Source of the DNA: Vicugna vicugna
Taxonomy: Eukaryota
NCBI GenBank assembly: GCA_013265495.1
Contig: MU058463.1
Coordinates: 3,182,445 to 3,202,444 of the forward strand
Reading direction: 5' to 3'
DNA length: 20,000 bases
The notes under the pieces are model-generated. The model saw only the letters and a program-made list of their open reading frames with translations. It was not told the origin of the DNA and made no database searches. The first letter of the stretch is position 1; every line of letters starts with the position of its first letter. The position numbers were made by a program, and so were the translations under genes. Shown here one piece after another: positions 1-11,599 of this stretch.

Positions 1-271
1 TTAGCAGACAGCCTACTTAGAGATTACATTTTTCCATACATGATAAATCCTGAGTAAACCTGTTTTTCTTTTTAAACACCTTGCAGAATGAAGCCTCGCT
101 CTGCATCTAGTTGCCAAAGCACAATCAATATGGAAGGAGCGGTATTTTATGATTGGAGAAGTTGTTGTGTTTTTGGTGGTGAAATTCATTATTTAGTATC
201 TGAACCCTCAGCATTTCAGTATCATTTATTCATAAAGTCCCTTTTTGCCAGGAGGAAATGGATACAGCTGT

Positions 272-328
272 AGAGAGAGAGAGAGAGAGTGCATGAGAGA
301 GAGGGAGAGAGAGAGAGGGAGAGGGAGT
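272..328 (+). repeat. Interrupted (GA)n/(GAGG) polypurine microsatellite
   Basis: (AG)9, then tgcat, then gagagagagggagagagagagagggagagggag. It also explains the SLSLS-rich spurious ORF 222..422(-). Confidence 0.95.
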
Positions 329-1500
329 GAGACGGATTGATGATATTGATCAGGTACCATCTTGAAACAAAGGCTGGGTGCTCTATTTTCGTTGACAACT
401 GTGACACATAAAAAACAAGCAAGAGAGGGGGAAGGCTAGGGCCTTGAACACTACAGGCTTTAAAAAGCGTTTGAAGAAACCATTATGACAAGCAGGTCTA
501 GGGAAGCTGCCGCACAAATGTATTCAGAAGAGTCATTAAAAAATGATGCTTTGTTTGCCTTGTGAATATGAGGTTTCCAGCTCGCTGCAGTACTTGCTGC
601 TACAGAGGAAATGAGGAGGTCTGCACAAGGCAGTTACCTCTCTTTCTTGTGGGGTAGGGGATGGGAAAGGGGGCAAGAAGGGGTCTGTGGAGGGAAAAGG
701 CAACATTTTCTCCCCATAAGCCCAAATGTATTTCTCTGGATCATGAGTCCTCAAGAGTTTTTTCATCACCAAGGGCTCTCAAAAAGTTGACAATTTTTAT
801 ATCAGAATTATTTATTTCTCATGAAACACTTGAATAATTCAAACACCTTCGAAGGCGTTAACTAACATTACGGCTTCCTTGTACGTTTTTTAGTACAGAG
901 GCTGTAAGGAGGGAATGTTATTTGAGCAGCATGTACCTCCTGGCATCAGATCACAGACAGTGTTTCCTCTTGTCCAATCATCTGCATGGACGGATGCCGT
1001 GGGGGCTAATCGAAATTAGGCAGAGATTCATTATATGCTCAATTGGAAAAGAAGCCTAGAGATCTGACTGTCTACTGCACTCTGGGAGGTGATGTTCTTC
1101 TGCAGATTTCCAGACACTGGCATGGATTTTAACAAAGAGAGCATCCTGGAGGCTGTCCAAGGCAGCCCAGGGAGGGCCTTCTTTGGAGTTCAGGTAAAAA
1201 TGTCTCCTGGCATTGAAGATCATATGAGCACTGGGCACCAACTGCTTCTAGAGCCAGCGAAGGGGCACCTAGTTCTCTTCTGATGACCACCCATGCTGGC
1301 AGGCCCTGATAGTGGAAACAAACAACACTTCGTTATCAGAAATCTGAAGTGGTTTTGTACTATGTAACTTTCCCTGGAACTGAGGGGACCAGGGAGGAGG
1401 GGAAGGGTCATTTCTTCACTCTTCTCTTCAGCTACCTTGTGTATATTTACCAAAATCAGAATGTGATTGCCATACACAGGCCTATTTTATAAATTGGCAT

Positions 1501-2265
1501 CTTGGAGAGGGTGTGGAGGAAAGGCGACCCTCCTACACTGTTGGTGGGAATGTAAATTGGTGCAGCTACTATGGAGAGCAGTATGGAAGTTCCTTAAAAA
1601 ACTAAAAATAGACTTATCATATGCTCCAGCAATCCCACTCCTGCGCATATATCTAGAAATGATGAAAACTCTAATTTGAAAAGATACATGCACCCCAATG
1701 TTCATAGCAGCACTATTTACAATGGCCCAGACACACAAGTAACCTAAATGTTCATCAACAGATGAATGGATAAAGATGATATGGTATATATATAGACAAT
1801 AGAATACTACTCAGCCATAAAAAGGAATGAAATAATGTCATTGGCAGCAACATGGATGGACCTAGAGATTATTATACAAAGTGAAGTAAGTCAGACAGAG
1901 AAAGACAAATATCATGTGATATTTTTATGTAGAATCTAAAAGATGATACAAATGAACTTATTTACAAAACATAAATAGGCTCACAGACATAGAAAACAAA
2001 CTTATGCCTACCAAAGGGGAAGGTAGGGGAGGGATAAATTGGGAATTGGGGATTAACAGATACACACTACTATATATAAAATAGATAAACAACAAAGACC
2101 TACTGTATAGCACCAGGAGTTATATTCAATATCTTGTAATAACCTAAAATGGAAAAGAATCTGAAAAAGAATATATATATGTGTGTATAACTGAATCACT
2201 TTGTTGTACACCTGAAACATTGTGACTCAACTATATTTCAATTAAAAAATAAACAAAAATAATAA
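1501..2265 (+). mobile_element. 5'-truncated L1 (LINE-1): ORF2 C-terminus, 3' UTR and A-rich tail, with 12-bp TSD
   Basis: Translates as [50 protein letters not shown]...[14 protein letters not shown], the characteristic L1 ORF2p C-terminal HCWWxC region, with in-frame stops. G-rich 3' UTR tract near 2015-2050 and A-rich tail 2241-2265. Direct repeat ATAAATTGGCAT at 1489-1500 and 2266-2277, preceded by TTTT as at an L1 endonuclease site. Confidence 0.96.
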
Positions 2266-2278
2266 ATAAATTGGCATT

Positions 2279-2420
2279 TCTGTGTGACCTTGGTGGAGTT
2301 CCTTAACTTCTCTGAACCTCAGTTCCTCATATTGAAACTGAGAAATAACATCATAGGCTTTGTCGCTGGAACTCAATGGATATGTAGAAGTGTCTGGGAT
2401 GGTGCTTTGTGTTGATTATT
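2279..2420 (+). mobile_element. MIR SINE fragment
   Basis: ctgtgtgaccttggtggagttccttaacttctctgaacctcagttcctcatattgaaactgagaaataa resembles the MIR core (ctgtgtgaccttgggcaagttacttaacctctctgtgcctcagtttcctcatctgtaaaatgggg). Confidence 0.85.
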
Positions 2421-2799
2421 CGCATCATAAATATAGTCGCTACAAATTCTATATTGATATTAGTAAAGAAATCTTTTTTGATTGTTATTCTTAAAAGGAA
2501 GCTCTCTCCATACTGTTTTATATTTAAATAAAACCATGTAGAAGAGATGGCTTACTGGCACTTAGTTCAGCAGCAGTGAGGAGAACAGATCCCATGAGGA
2601 GAATTAACAATAAATAAAGAAAATAAGATGGTTTCTACACACAGTTTTTCTGGATTCTATTGTTTCTTCTTAAGCTGTATTCAGTAAAATCACAATGGTA
2701 TTAAATACTCAGTGTGTCTAAGGTTTTCCTTTTGTTGTGATTTTTTCAAAATCAAAACACAATTTGAATGAAACCTGCAACTTCATTACATCCATTTGC

Positions 2800-2960
2800 A
2801 CGTGTTTTCAAAATTTCCAGAGTATATCTCACTTGTTAGATCCAACCAACACTGACATGGGAAGACAATTTTATATCCTAGTTTTTGAGATAAAAAAAAA
2901 CAAGTCTCAGGATGCATGATCTTCTTAAGGCAAAAATGAGTTAAGCTTAGAGCTCAAATG
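2800..2960 (-). mobile_element. Degenerate MIR fragment, reverse orientation
   Basis: tatatctcacttgttagatccaaccaacactga...tatatcctagtttttgagataaaaaaaaacaagtctcagga weakly matches the reverse complement of the MIR core. Confidence 0.55.
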
Positions 2961-4259
2961 TTCAATGCTTTCTGTCACTATCTTCACCCACCTATCTATC
3001 CCTGCCATTCATGAAACATGAATTAATTAATGTGAGTTAGACACTGTTATGCATTAGACAATATGAAAGCTAATTATAATTCCTGAAAATGTCACTAAAT
3101 TCTGGAGATGGGTGTGAGCTCAGGTGATCACTCAGGACACTTAGATCTAAGACACTAAACTGGTTGATAACATTTGTGCTCTCAGTCATATCCAAAAGAG
3201 AAACGCTGTCACCCACTGATTTTTTGAGGTTTCTGAAGGTTTCTCTAAAACGCACCCCTCCTCCTTGAGCAGGTCTTGGGTAGGCCCTACTGCATAAAAT
3301 AAATAAGATTTACGATCTGAAGGAACAGAAGAGAAGTCATTCTCTCTGGAAGCAGATTGACTCTCAAGTAGAAGGGAAACATAAATGCAAAACTTCTCAG
3401 TCAATAAGTCGCTGTGTCTCCCCAGATGCAGAGTAAGTGAAGGAAAGCCAAGAGGGTTTAAGGAAAATCCATTTTAATGAAAAACATGAGTTGGGAAATG
3501 GGGTTCCCCTTAAGAAGAGTCAGGATCTAAGACTCCTAAAAACCAAATTCGGACACTTCCTAATGAAAAGTCATTGTCTGTCAAACTTCAACACTTGTTG
3601 AAACTTCTGGTTTTAGGTAGCATGCTGAATATATTCAACTTCAGCCTCTTCTCCAGCAAGACATAAAATGCATATTTAAAATGGAATTAATAAATATACA
3701 ACTATACTTGAAAGCAATCAGGGGGACTCTTGTTGAAGAATTAAGCAAGAATTGAGGGATTAATATAGGCCTAAAAGAAGGAAGCAGATATGCAATACCA
3801 GCAGTAAGCCAAGGTTGTAACCACTGACCGAAGCTTTCCCCATATCCATACACGCCAGAGTCTGAGAGGCTCAAAGGTGACATTTGCAGCAGAAGGCCAG
3901 TGTGTAATGAAGACTCAGGTAAACTTTCAGGAGGACCAACACTGTGCAAGAGTGATAACAATCCCAACTAATGAAAGAACTAGCATATACATCATGGTAT
4001 TAACAGAATATTTAGAAGGAACTTTAAAGAAATACATTTCATATAGTCAGAGAGGTAAAGAAGTAAATCACATCCATAAAACAAAGATAAAAAATGATGA
4101 AAACAGACATATCTATGTATGTGTAATATATATATTTGCTGAAATAATATTCAGTGAAGACAATGAAAATATTTGACTATTTAAGGTTAAAATTCAGTGC
4201 AATTAAATGAAATCACAAAATAAAAAGTAATCTAGACTAGAATGTAGGATTTTTGAAGA

Positions 4260-4340
4260 CAGTTTGTTTCATGTGATCACTACTGTGTCCCCAGTGCCTA
4301 GAACAGCACCAGCCACAAAGGGAACTTGTTAAATGAAATG
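4260..4340 (+). mobile_element. L2 3'-end fragment
   Basis: tcactactgtgtccccagtgcctagaacagcacc...ttgttaaatgaaatga matches the L2 terminus (cactgctgtatccccagtgcctagaacagtgcctggcac...tgttgaatgaatga). Confidence 0.8.
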
Positions 4341-4599
4341 ATGGAGGAACTCAGCCTCCTCCAGCCTTCTTGTCAGAGGGGATGGTTCTTCAACTGTGCC
4401 CGCTTGTAGTTTTGATCCATCTATATCCCCACCCTCTCTTACACCTCCGATCTTTCCTACTTCACTTTCGTTTCCCTGTCCACTGACAAACATACTTAAC
4501 TAACTACCCCTTCTTCCAACCTCAACTCCTCCTCCTGATCACTTCTGGAATTTCATTCATGAAAATGCAGGCTTCATCTGCTGCCTCTCCTTTCTGGTT

Positions 4600-4985
4600 G
4601 CATTCATCCACCACTCACTGCAGTCTCTTGCTTTCATTCCGTTGTTTCTTTCAGTCCTTTCATTACTGATATTTCTGCAGCTCTTTACTGTGCTGGCTGT
4701 TCTTGTTTTATTTTAATTGTCCTCTCCGAAACTTGTGATGTTTCTCCTCATTTCTAACTCTGCGTCTATTCTTTTTTCTTTCCTATGATTGGTTTCTGCT
4801 TCTCTGACAATCCCTTACATTTCCAAGATGCCATCTTCAATTCTCTTAACTTTCACTCTAAAAGCTCTATTTGGGTGATCTTAACAAATCCTTAGCTTTG
4901 ATCACCATCTACAATATGCAATTCTTAAACTGATGTCCCCTGTCTGGAGCCTTTCCCTGAATTTCAGCTTTATATTTCTCACCAG
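4600..4985 (+). mobile_element. Degenerate internal L2 fragment
   Basis: Pyrimidine-rich block with L2-like motifs: ttgggtgatcttaacaaatccttagctttgatcaccatcta and cctttccctgaatttcagctttatattt. Confidence 0.6.
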
Positions 4986-5079
4986 TGTGCCCTTCAGTTG
5001 AGAAGGAAGAATGTGATATCGACAACACAAAATGTGATTAGGGCCATTGCGAGATGAAAACTAATTGTTATGGGTCATC

Positions 5080-5252
5080 TCACTTATTAGCTCTGTGACT
5101 TGGGAATATTACATGAGCACTTTGTCTTCTCATCAGTAAAATGGGAAGAATCGTAGTATCTACCTGATAGGGCTTTTGACAGGTTTGGATGCATTTAGAA
5201 TAATGCTTGGAACTCAGTATTTGATCAGTGTTAGTTGCTGTTATTATCATTA
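5080..5252 (+). mobile_element. MIR SINE (core and 3' end)
   Basis: cacttattagctctgtgacttggg...ctcatcagtaaaatgggaagaatcgtagtatctacctgatagggc...tgttagttgctgttattatcatt follows the order of the MIR consensus. Confidence 0.85.
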
Positions 5253-5289
5253 CTTAAAATTATTATACGTGAGAGAAACCTTGCAATCA

Positions 5290-5675
5290 CATGAGGGTTT
5301 CAGGGAAGGCTTCCTCCGAGGAGGTTACCGGTGTGTTGAATTTTAAAGAATGAGGAGGAGACGAATCAGTTGAAGGAGGGTAGGAAGGACATTCTGGGCA
5401 CTGGAAACAACCATAAATAACACAAAGGATGGAAGCATATGCTATGTAGGATAGAATAAAAGCAGGTTGATAGTTCTAGAGTATAAATTTCAAGACAGCA
5501 AATAGTCAGATCAAAACTAGAAAATTAGATAAAAACCAGGTCATAAGAGCCTTGAATGTCACACTAAGGAGTGTGGCTGTACTCCATGGGGGTTCAAAAA
5601 TTTGAATTTTAAACATGGAAGTCATTAGATTGTTTTTTTTCTTTTTTCTTTCTAGATAGAATCACTTTGGCAACA
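5290..5675 (-). mobile_element. L2 fragment, reverse orientation
   Basis: tcagggaaggcttcctccgaggagg, ggaaggacattctgggcactggaaaca, ccaggtcataagagccttgaatgtcacactaaggagt and tagatagaatcactttggc are typical antisense L2 motifs. Confidence 0.8.
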
Positions 5676-6844
5676 CATGGTAGGACATAATTAAGACAAA
5701 AAATTTTAAAAATCAAAAAATAGTGCATTCAGTTATATAAAAATCTGAAAGGACTGTGTTCATAATAACATGTGAAACATCTCTAAGGAACTCCCCAAAA
5801 TAGTGGGAAGTTTTGAGGGATGCTGGAGGTGCCACACTAGTTATCTAGGGGGGGAAGTCTGAGGCATACTGATTATGACTGTTTCCATGGCTGGATTGAA
5901 CACAAGTTTACACAATTAACTCGAATGTGTCAAAGAGTGGTAAGTGCAATTATAGAAATGTAAGTACAATAGGAACAAAAAGAAAGGATTCATTTAGAGA
6001 GGCAGAGGCAGACCATCATGGAAGTACAGAATTCTAAGTCATACATACTGAACATGTACTGTGGTTAAAACAGTGACAAATGTGGAGGAGTGGTCTAAAA
6101 TGAAGCTTATGCACAGCTTGGGAGTAGATTGTGAAAGGCGTTTAATGTCCTGCCAACATTTTTTAGTTTTCTTCCATACAGGTAATACAAATTGGGATTT
6201 TATCATATTTATTGGTTTCTGAATGTGTTTTATTTGTTGTTATGAAATAATGGAATGAAAGAAATGAAATTACTATGGAGATACACAAAATTAAATGCTG
6301 GATATCATATCTGAATTCATATCTACATTTTCTGATTATATGTATTAGGTAGTAGGTTTAAATCTCTTTCACTTCAGGAAATAGGAGAAAGAGAATGCCA
6401 ATCAGATGAGAACTGAGGTCTTAACATTAAAATGTGCTTTACAATATATTCATTACATTTGTAACTGACCCATATAATAGGTTGACTATGTTTATTGCAG
6501 TTATTAATTCAGAATGTCTACAGCACTAGGGTGCAGTAAGATGTCAAAACCATTTAGTGAAGTCTATATTCTGATTAAGAATACGTGTGCTGAGTTGTTC
6601 ATTCATTCAAAGTAATCACAGGTAATAATAATCCTTCTTATGTTTATATACCATATTTAATCGTGAGAGAGTCCAGAGCGTTTGGTAAACTAAAATCATT
6701 CCAGTATTCAGCCATAACAACACCGAGTGAAATAGCATAATATAAATTACAGGGACCTGGATCTTAAGTATGTATGTGTTAAAATATATGTTTTAAAATA
6801 AATGCTGTGAGTTCAAATTAATGATCTCATTTATATACAGAATG

Positions 6845-6930
6845 GAATCTTAGAATCACAGCATCTTAATAAAGCAAGAGACCTTGGTGACAACCTTATC
6901 CAACCACTTCATTTTACAGAAGGAAACTAA
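6845..6930 (-). mobile_element. MIR/MIR3 fragment, reverse orientation
   Basis: agaatcacag...gagaccttggtgacaaccttatccaaccacttcattttacagaaggaaactaa matches the antisense MIR core (cattttacagatgaggaaactga). Confidence 0.7.
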
Positions 6931-9244
6931 TTTTTACAATTTTGATTTCTTGCTAGTTCCTACTAAATTGCAACATTATCTTCCAACCATTGCTCATAAA
7001 AACAATATCATATTATTGACTAAAGTTATGTGAAAAGCATTTGTTACTGAATTTGCATTACTACCATCACCACCACCAGCACCCAATTCAGAAATCTGAA
7101 TCTTAAAGGCTTCGTGTATAAACTACTCTAGATGGTGCCAAGTTCATTGCCAAGAGGAACTTCTAACTGAGAGCCAGCAATGGGTTATGGTAAGGAGTGA
7201 TATTGGAAGCGTAAAACTGGAGTCCCTTCCTATCCCTGTGTTGCCTCCTTAAATGCGCAAATATGCTTGTCATTCTTTAATCCGGCAAAAAGAAATTTGA
7301 AATTACTAACTGCCAATAAATATGAACTAGGACTTAAGGTGACACTGATAAAACAACTGTCCTGGGCTCTAGTGTCCTAGCCACACGTGTATGAGTGCAC
7401 ACCTGCCAGGCAGTTCACACCACCCTCAAGGAGATGGTGGAGATCTTAGCTCAATCCCCAACACCTTTGTGAAAAAAGGAATTATTAAATGTTGTGTACT
7501 ATAATACTGCACTATACAGAGGCCAGGCTGCACACTAAATTCTGGTGTGGGTTCAAAAATTGATGAAAGTAATACTCTAAGTTGGCTCAAGGTGCATTCA
7601 GTTTTCTACCAAATCAGCAACTACGTGAACCACATGAGAGAATGAGAGAAACCAATGAGAAGACGTACCTCCTGGTTCTTTCCAGAAGGTGGATGGTTAC
7701 CCTTTGGATTCAAGAGCTGAGTTCTCTTCATCAGGCTGGAACATGGGCTTGTCAATATTCAAGGGTCTGGCTTTATTACCTATGTCTGTTCTTGCTTCTA
7801 TGTTCTCATCATAGCATCTAAATTGCAAAGAGACTTGGCCAAGCTTCGCCTGCCAGAATATGTCATCATCTACTCTGTAGCACAGCAGCTTGTATTAGAC
7901 TTTGATCATCGGCTTGTAATAATTTTTGAATAGTTACCCACCTGTAATATAAAGAATTGCAGAATAAGCACTGTTCTTGTTGTGGAGCTTCTGCATAGAA
8001 AATACCCAAGAGTAAAATATGGGCATTTAAAATTAAAGAAATAAAAGATGCATAAGCTGTTTAATGTATAGATAAAAGGAGAATTCAAAGTTTTCTTCAC
8101 AAAGAATCCATTTCTTAAGAAACAGCTTCAATTAAAAACATCTGATAAATAAAAACACAGAGAATTTTAAAGCATTTTTGACAAAAGAGTTAATAATTTA
8201 ACAATGTTTCTCTTCTTTTCCTTTGAAAGAATGTAAAAATATAAATCTCATTTACTTAAATGTGATAACGTAGCCCTATAGAATTATTTTTAAAATGAAA
8301 GAGATCTTGAAATTTATTTTACTAAACAAGACTAGAAACTTTACATACAACAAAGAAAAGTGAAATTGAAAGTATTGTGGAATGAAATCAGGTACATGAT
8401 TGACAGATAAACTTATAAGGAGAGAGCCTGATGTTAATGAGGAAGAATTCAGAGAAAAAGAATATTTCTACAGTCTTTGAAATTTTGTAGTTTTTGTGGA
8501 GATTTAGGGGAATATTAAACATGTTAAGCCTTAGACGAAGAGGTAAAAGTTTAGAAAAGCTTTAAAAATTTTTTAAACATTTCATTTGAAAGAAACGTCT
8601 TGATAGGTTTTGCAAATGTAGTTAGGTATTCCCATTCAAACCATTCAGCCTCCATAGCGACTGGTCTGGTGAATGTCTCACCCTTGTTGACTCTATGACA
8701 GAAAGAAAGTTTGCAGTCAGTCAATATGCACCAGTTTGTTACAAAGCACACGTTTTCATCTGTTCTTGGAAATGGGGAAAGAGAAGAGGAAAGGGCTTTG
8801 GCTATTTCTGTTGCCAGGACTTTGCTTACTGTTCCTGATTGTGTCTTACATGGACTAAGTGCTCTAGCAGATCAGAAAAGAGAATGGAGCAACATGTGAC
8901 ACTTGAAATGGCTGTGGACAAACATCTGCCAGCATATTTGTCAAGTACCTGGATTTGCTAAGGTCAAGGGATTTCCGCGAGACATTTCTAGCTCCTCAGT
9001 GCTGCTTAATTACATTACAAGTGCTACATTTGCCACAAGGATGAGTGTGAATCATCGTCATCAACAGCCAATAACCAAAACATTTTCCATAAATAAATAT
9101 TTCCTTTTTATCAACTCTTGCATCAAGAATCTGAGTTTATATTGTAATTTCATTTACTGTGGTCAAAAAAAAAGACATAATATATTAAATGTTTATTTAG
9201 TGGGAGACCCTTACTGATTTAGGACAAAATCTCTTTATCATGAG

Positions 9245-9279
9245 TGTTTTGGGTTTTTTTGTTTTGTTTTGTTTTTTTG
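9245..9279 (+). repeat. (TTTTG)n low-complexity tract
   Basis: gtgttttgggtttttttgttttgttttgtttttttg. Confidence 0.8.
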
Positions 9280-9589
9280 GTAAAGAATCTGTAGAAGAGA
9301 CAAGACTAAAATAAGAGAACTTAAAAGACATTTCTCTTAATTTTATCTCTCTTATTCATTCTTTAAATATAGAATAGTTCCTGAAAATGGAACAAGTATT
9401 ACATTAGTTGTATAGACAAAATCTTATCCTTAGATTGGTCTCAAAATAGTCAGGACAATATCCCCAAATTTCTTGGATATTCTTAGCTCAGAGGAAACCA
9501 TATTCATACACAAATGGTTTCAAACAAGTTCTGCCAGTATCAGCTTCTACCAAAAGGGAACAAAAATTCAAAAGAGAAGCATAGAGCAT

Positions 9590-11070
9590 GATCTCTAAAT
9601 ACTATTTCCTATAAAAATGATGGATTCTTGAAGAAATAACTGATTCTAGGCCTGGGAAAGAAAAGACAGAAGGTGAATCTGAGACATCTTATGTCAGAAA
9701 GGGAGAAAGCTATCAGACTACAGGGGACATGTCAAAGAGAGGCAGGAACCTGCTTGAAGAGAACACACAAACCATAGATCAGACAACTGCAATATCAAAA
9801 ATAATAATGACAGCCGTAGATTAAAATGTAACTAATATTTTAAATCTCCATGAGTTTATAATTCACAACAACAACAAAAGCCCTTAGTGATCACTACTCA
9901 AGGTTGTTGGAGCACAAATATATTATACTAAAAAGCATTTTTAAAAAAAGGAAAGAAAACTTGGAGTAGGAGGAAAAACTGAACATTAATACCAAATTTT
10001 CAGAATGAACTGCACTATATGGTAAATAAAGAGATGATGAAAGAAAATTTTTCTAGCTAAGAACTCTAGCTAGTAAAAAACAGAAGGAATGATAGAATCA
10101 GAAGCTCACCATTTAGCAACTTCTAATGAAATAATGTATCAAGCCAGTAACAATCAATGGCTGTTAAAACTCTTATCTGAAGAGGGGAGGGTATAACTCA
10201 GTGGTAGAGTGTGTACCTAGCATGCATCAAGGTCCTGGGTTCAATCCCCAGTACTGCCATCAAAAGACATAAATAAACCTACAAGTTAAAAAAAAATCTT
10301 TTACAAAAGCTCTTATCTGAAAAGCCAGTGGAGAAATTTGAAATGGACAGACCAGACAATATCCAACACAATTTTAACAGTACTACAAGTGGGACAACCA
10401 GACACTATGTTTCCCAATGTGACATAAAGGGAATACATGGCATGACTTATGAAATTCCTTGCCACCCAAATAGCCTAAACCTAATTACCTCCCAAATTTA
10501 AAATCAATTAACAGAAAAAAATTTGAGGATAGAGGAACATGGCACAGAGGACCATGAGGATGCAATCAGTAAGATTCTGAATATGAGTAACTATACAGTG
10601 CAAATGACCTAGATATTTTGGCACACCAATAATATGAAAAAAATGGAGACTGGAGGACATGTGATGGGTTCAAAGAGACATATCATAATATCAAAAAATG
10701 CAAACTTTGCATGGATCCTAATTTGAACAAGTAGCTTAATAAAAAGCATCTTTGAGAAATATGAACATGAGCTGAACACTAAATAATTGTTAAAGCATTG
10801 ATTTTGTTAGGTGTAACAATGGTGTTGAAGTCATATTAAAAAATAATCTTTATTTTTTAGACTTCAGTACTGAATCATTTATGGATGAAATATAGGGATT
10901 TGGACTAAACTACTTCAACAAAAAATGGAGGGATGATTGAAACAAGTTGAGAAAATGCTCCTAACTATTGAAGCAGGATGGCAGGTACAGGGAGATTTAT
11001 TACACTAGTATTCCAACATACGATGTGTGAAATTCCACACAGTAACATTTAAAAATAAATTTAAAATAAA
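9590..11070 (+). mobile_element. Old L1 3' region (L1MC4/L1MC5-like), interrupted by a SINE
   Basis: A-rich strand with recalled L1MC-type motifs: gattcttgaagaaataactgattctaggcctggg, gtgggacaaccagacactatgt, ggatcctaatttgaacaa, ttttgttaggtgtaacaatggt, and the terminal ctattgaagcaggatggcaggtacagggagatttattacacta followed by an A-rich tail at about 11050-11075. The subfamily is uncertain. Confidence 0.75.
10184..10305 (+). mobile_element. Short tRNA-derived SINE (Vic-1-like, camelid type) with 15-bp TSD
   Basis: GGGGAGGG head, Pol III A box TAACTCAGTGG (10194-10204), B box GGTTCAATCCC (10238-10248) and A-rich tail. Flanking repeats AAAACTCTTATCTGA (10166-10180) and AAAGCTCTTATCTGA (10306-10320) differ by one base. 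Confidence 0.92.
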
Positions 11071-11418
11071 ACAAAAGCGGGGACAGGCAACTGCTTTAGA
11101 GACCACGTCTTCCTAATATGGATCCTTATTCTTTTTCATTTTAAGTTTTAACGACTCCAAGCTCACATATTTGGGAGTTTGGACTTTCCTTGGGTCAATG
11201 TCTTTTCTGCTGACTTTCTGGTTCTCACATTTCATAGCCTGCCTACCTGATACCTGGCTAAACTCCAGGATATACTAGTTTCTAAATACTGAGATTCAAG
11301 AGGACTTTGTGAACTGTCTATATCCTTACTATCCAATGCCTTTTTAAGGAATATTTGAATTGTGGTTCCTTGACCTTCAGGCAATCTTCCCTGAATTTCC
11401 TTATCTTGACTCTGAGAG

Positions 11419-11599
11419 CAGTACCAGCTGCATACTTTGTGGGCCCCAGTAAAGAATGAAAATGTGAGGCCCCTTGTTAAAAAAAAAAGTATAAGACTTT
11501 CCAGACAGTGACAACAGAGCATTAAGCCAAGTGTGGGTCTCTTCTGAGTGTGAGGCATTGTGTGATGACACAGGTTGCACAGCCACGATGCCAGCCCCG
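11419..11599 (-). mobile_element. MER45A-like non-autonomous hAT (Tip100 group) DNA transposon, full length
   Basis: 181 bp with decayed TIRs (CAGTACCAGCT... / ...GCCAGCCCCG). Internal tgaaaatgtgaggccccttgtt and cagagcattaagccaag match the reverse complement of MER45A as I recall it. Perfect 8-bp TSD TCTGAGAG at 11411-11418 and 11600-11607, the hAT-typical length. Confidence 0.92.

Noticed and set aside
61..360. Acceptor at 85-86 followed by an ATG ORF (88..273, 61 aa)
   Set aside because: The peptide is unrecognised, runs into a GA microsatellite, and the only nearby donor (CAG|GTACCA) is weak.
1467..1738. ORFs 1467..1679(+) and 1487..1738(-) as genes
   Set aside because: Both lie in the L1 fragment. 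The plus ORF is broken ORF2p and the minus ORF is its antisense shadow.
3641..4176. Overlapping 108-aa and 99-aa ORFs
   Set aside because: Non-ATG starts, compositionally biased peptides, no domain resemblance, and lengths expected by chance.
7900..8560. Very AT-rich block, possibly a decayed DNA transposon or L1
   Set aside because: I could not find TIRs, a TSD or a diagnostic motif by eye, so I left it uncalled.
10184..10260. tRNA gene
   Set aside because: It has A and B boxes, but also an A-rich tail, flanking TSDs and a poorly paired acceptor stem, so it is a SINE.
10476..10493. TAAACCTAATTACCTCCC resembling the tail I recall for the camelid SINE, about 170 bp downstream of the SINE
   Set aside because: It has no head or TSD and sits where the old L1 has a similar motif (cctgaatctaatc...), so it is probably coincidental. 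The match rests on memory only.
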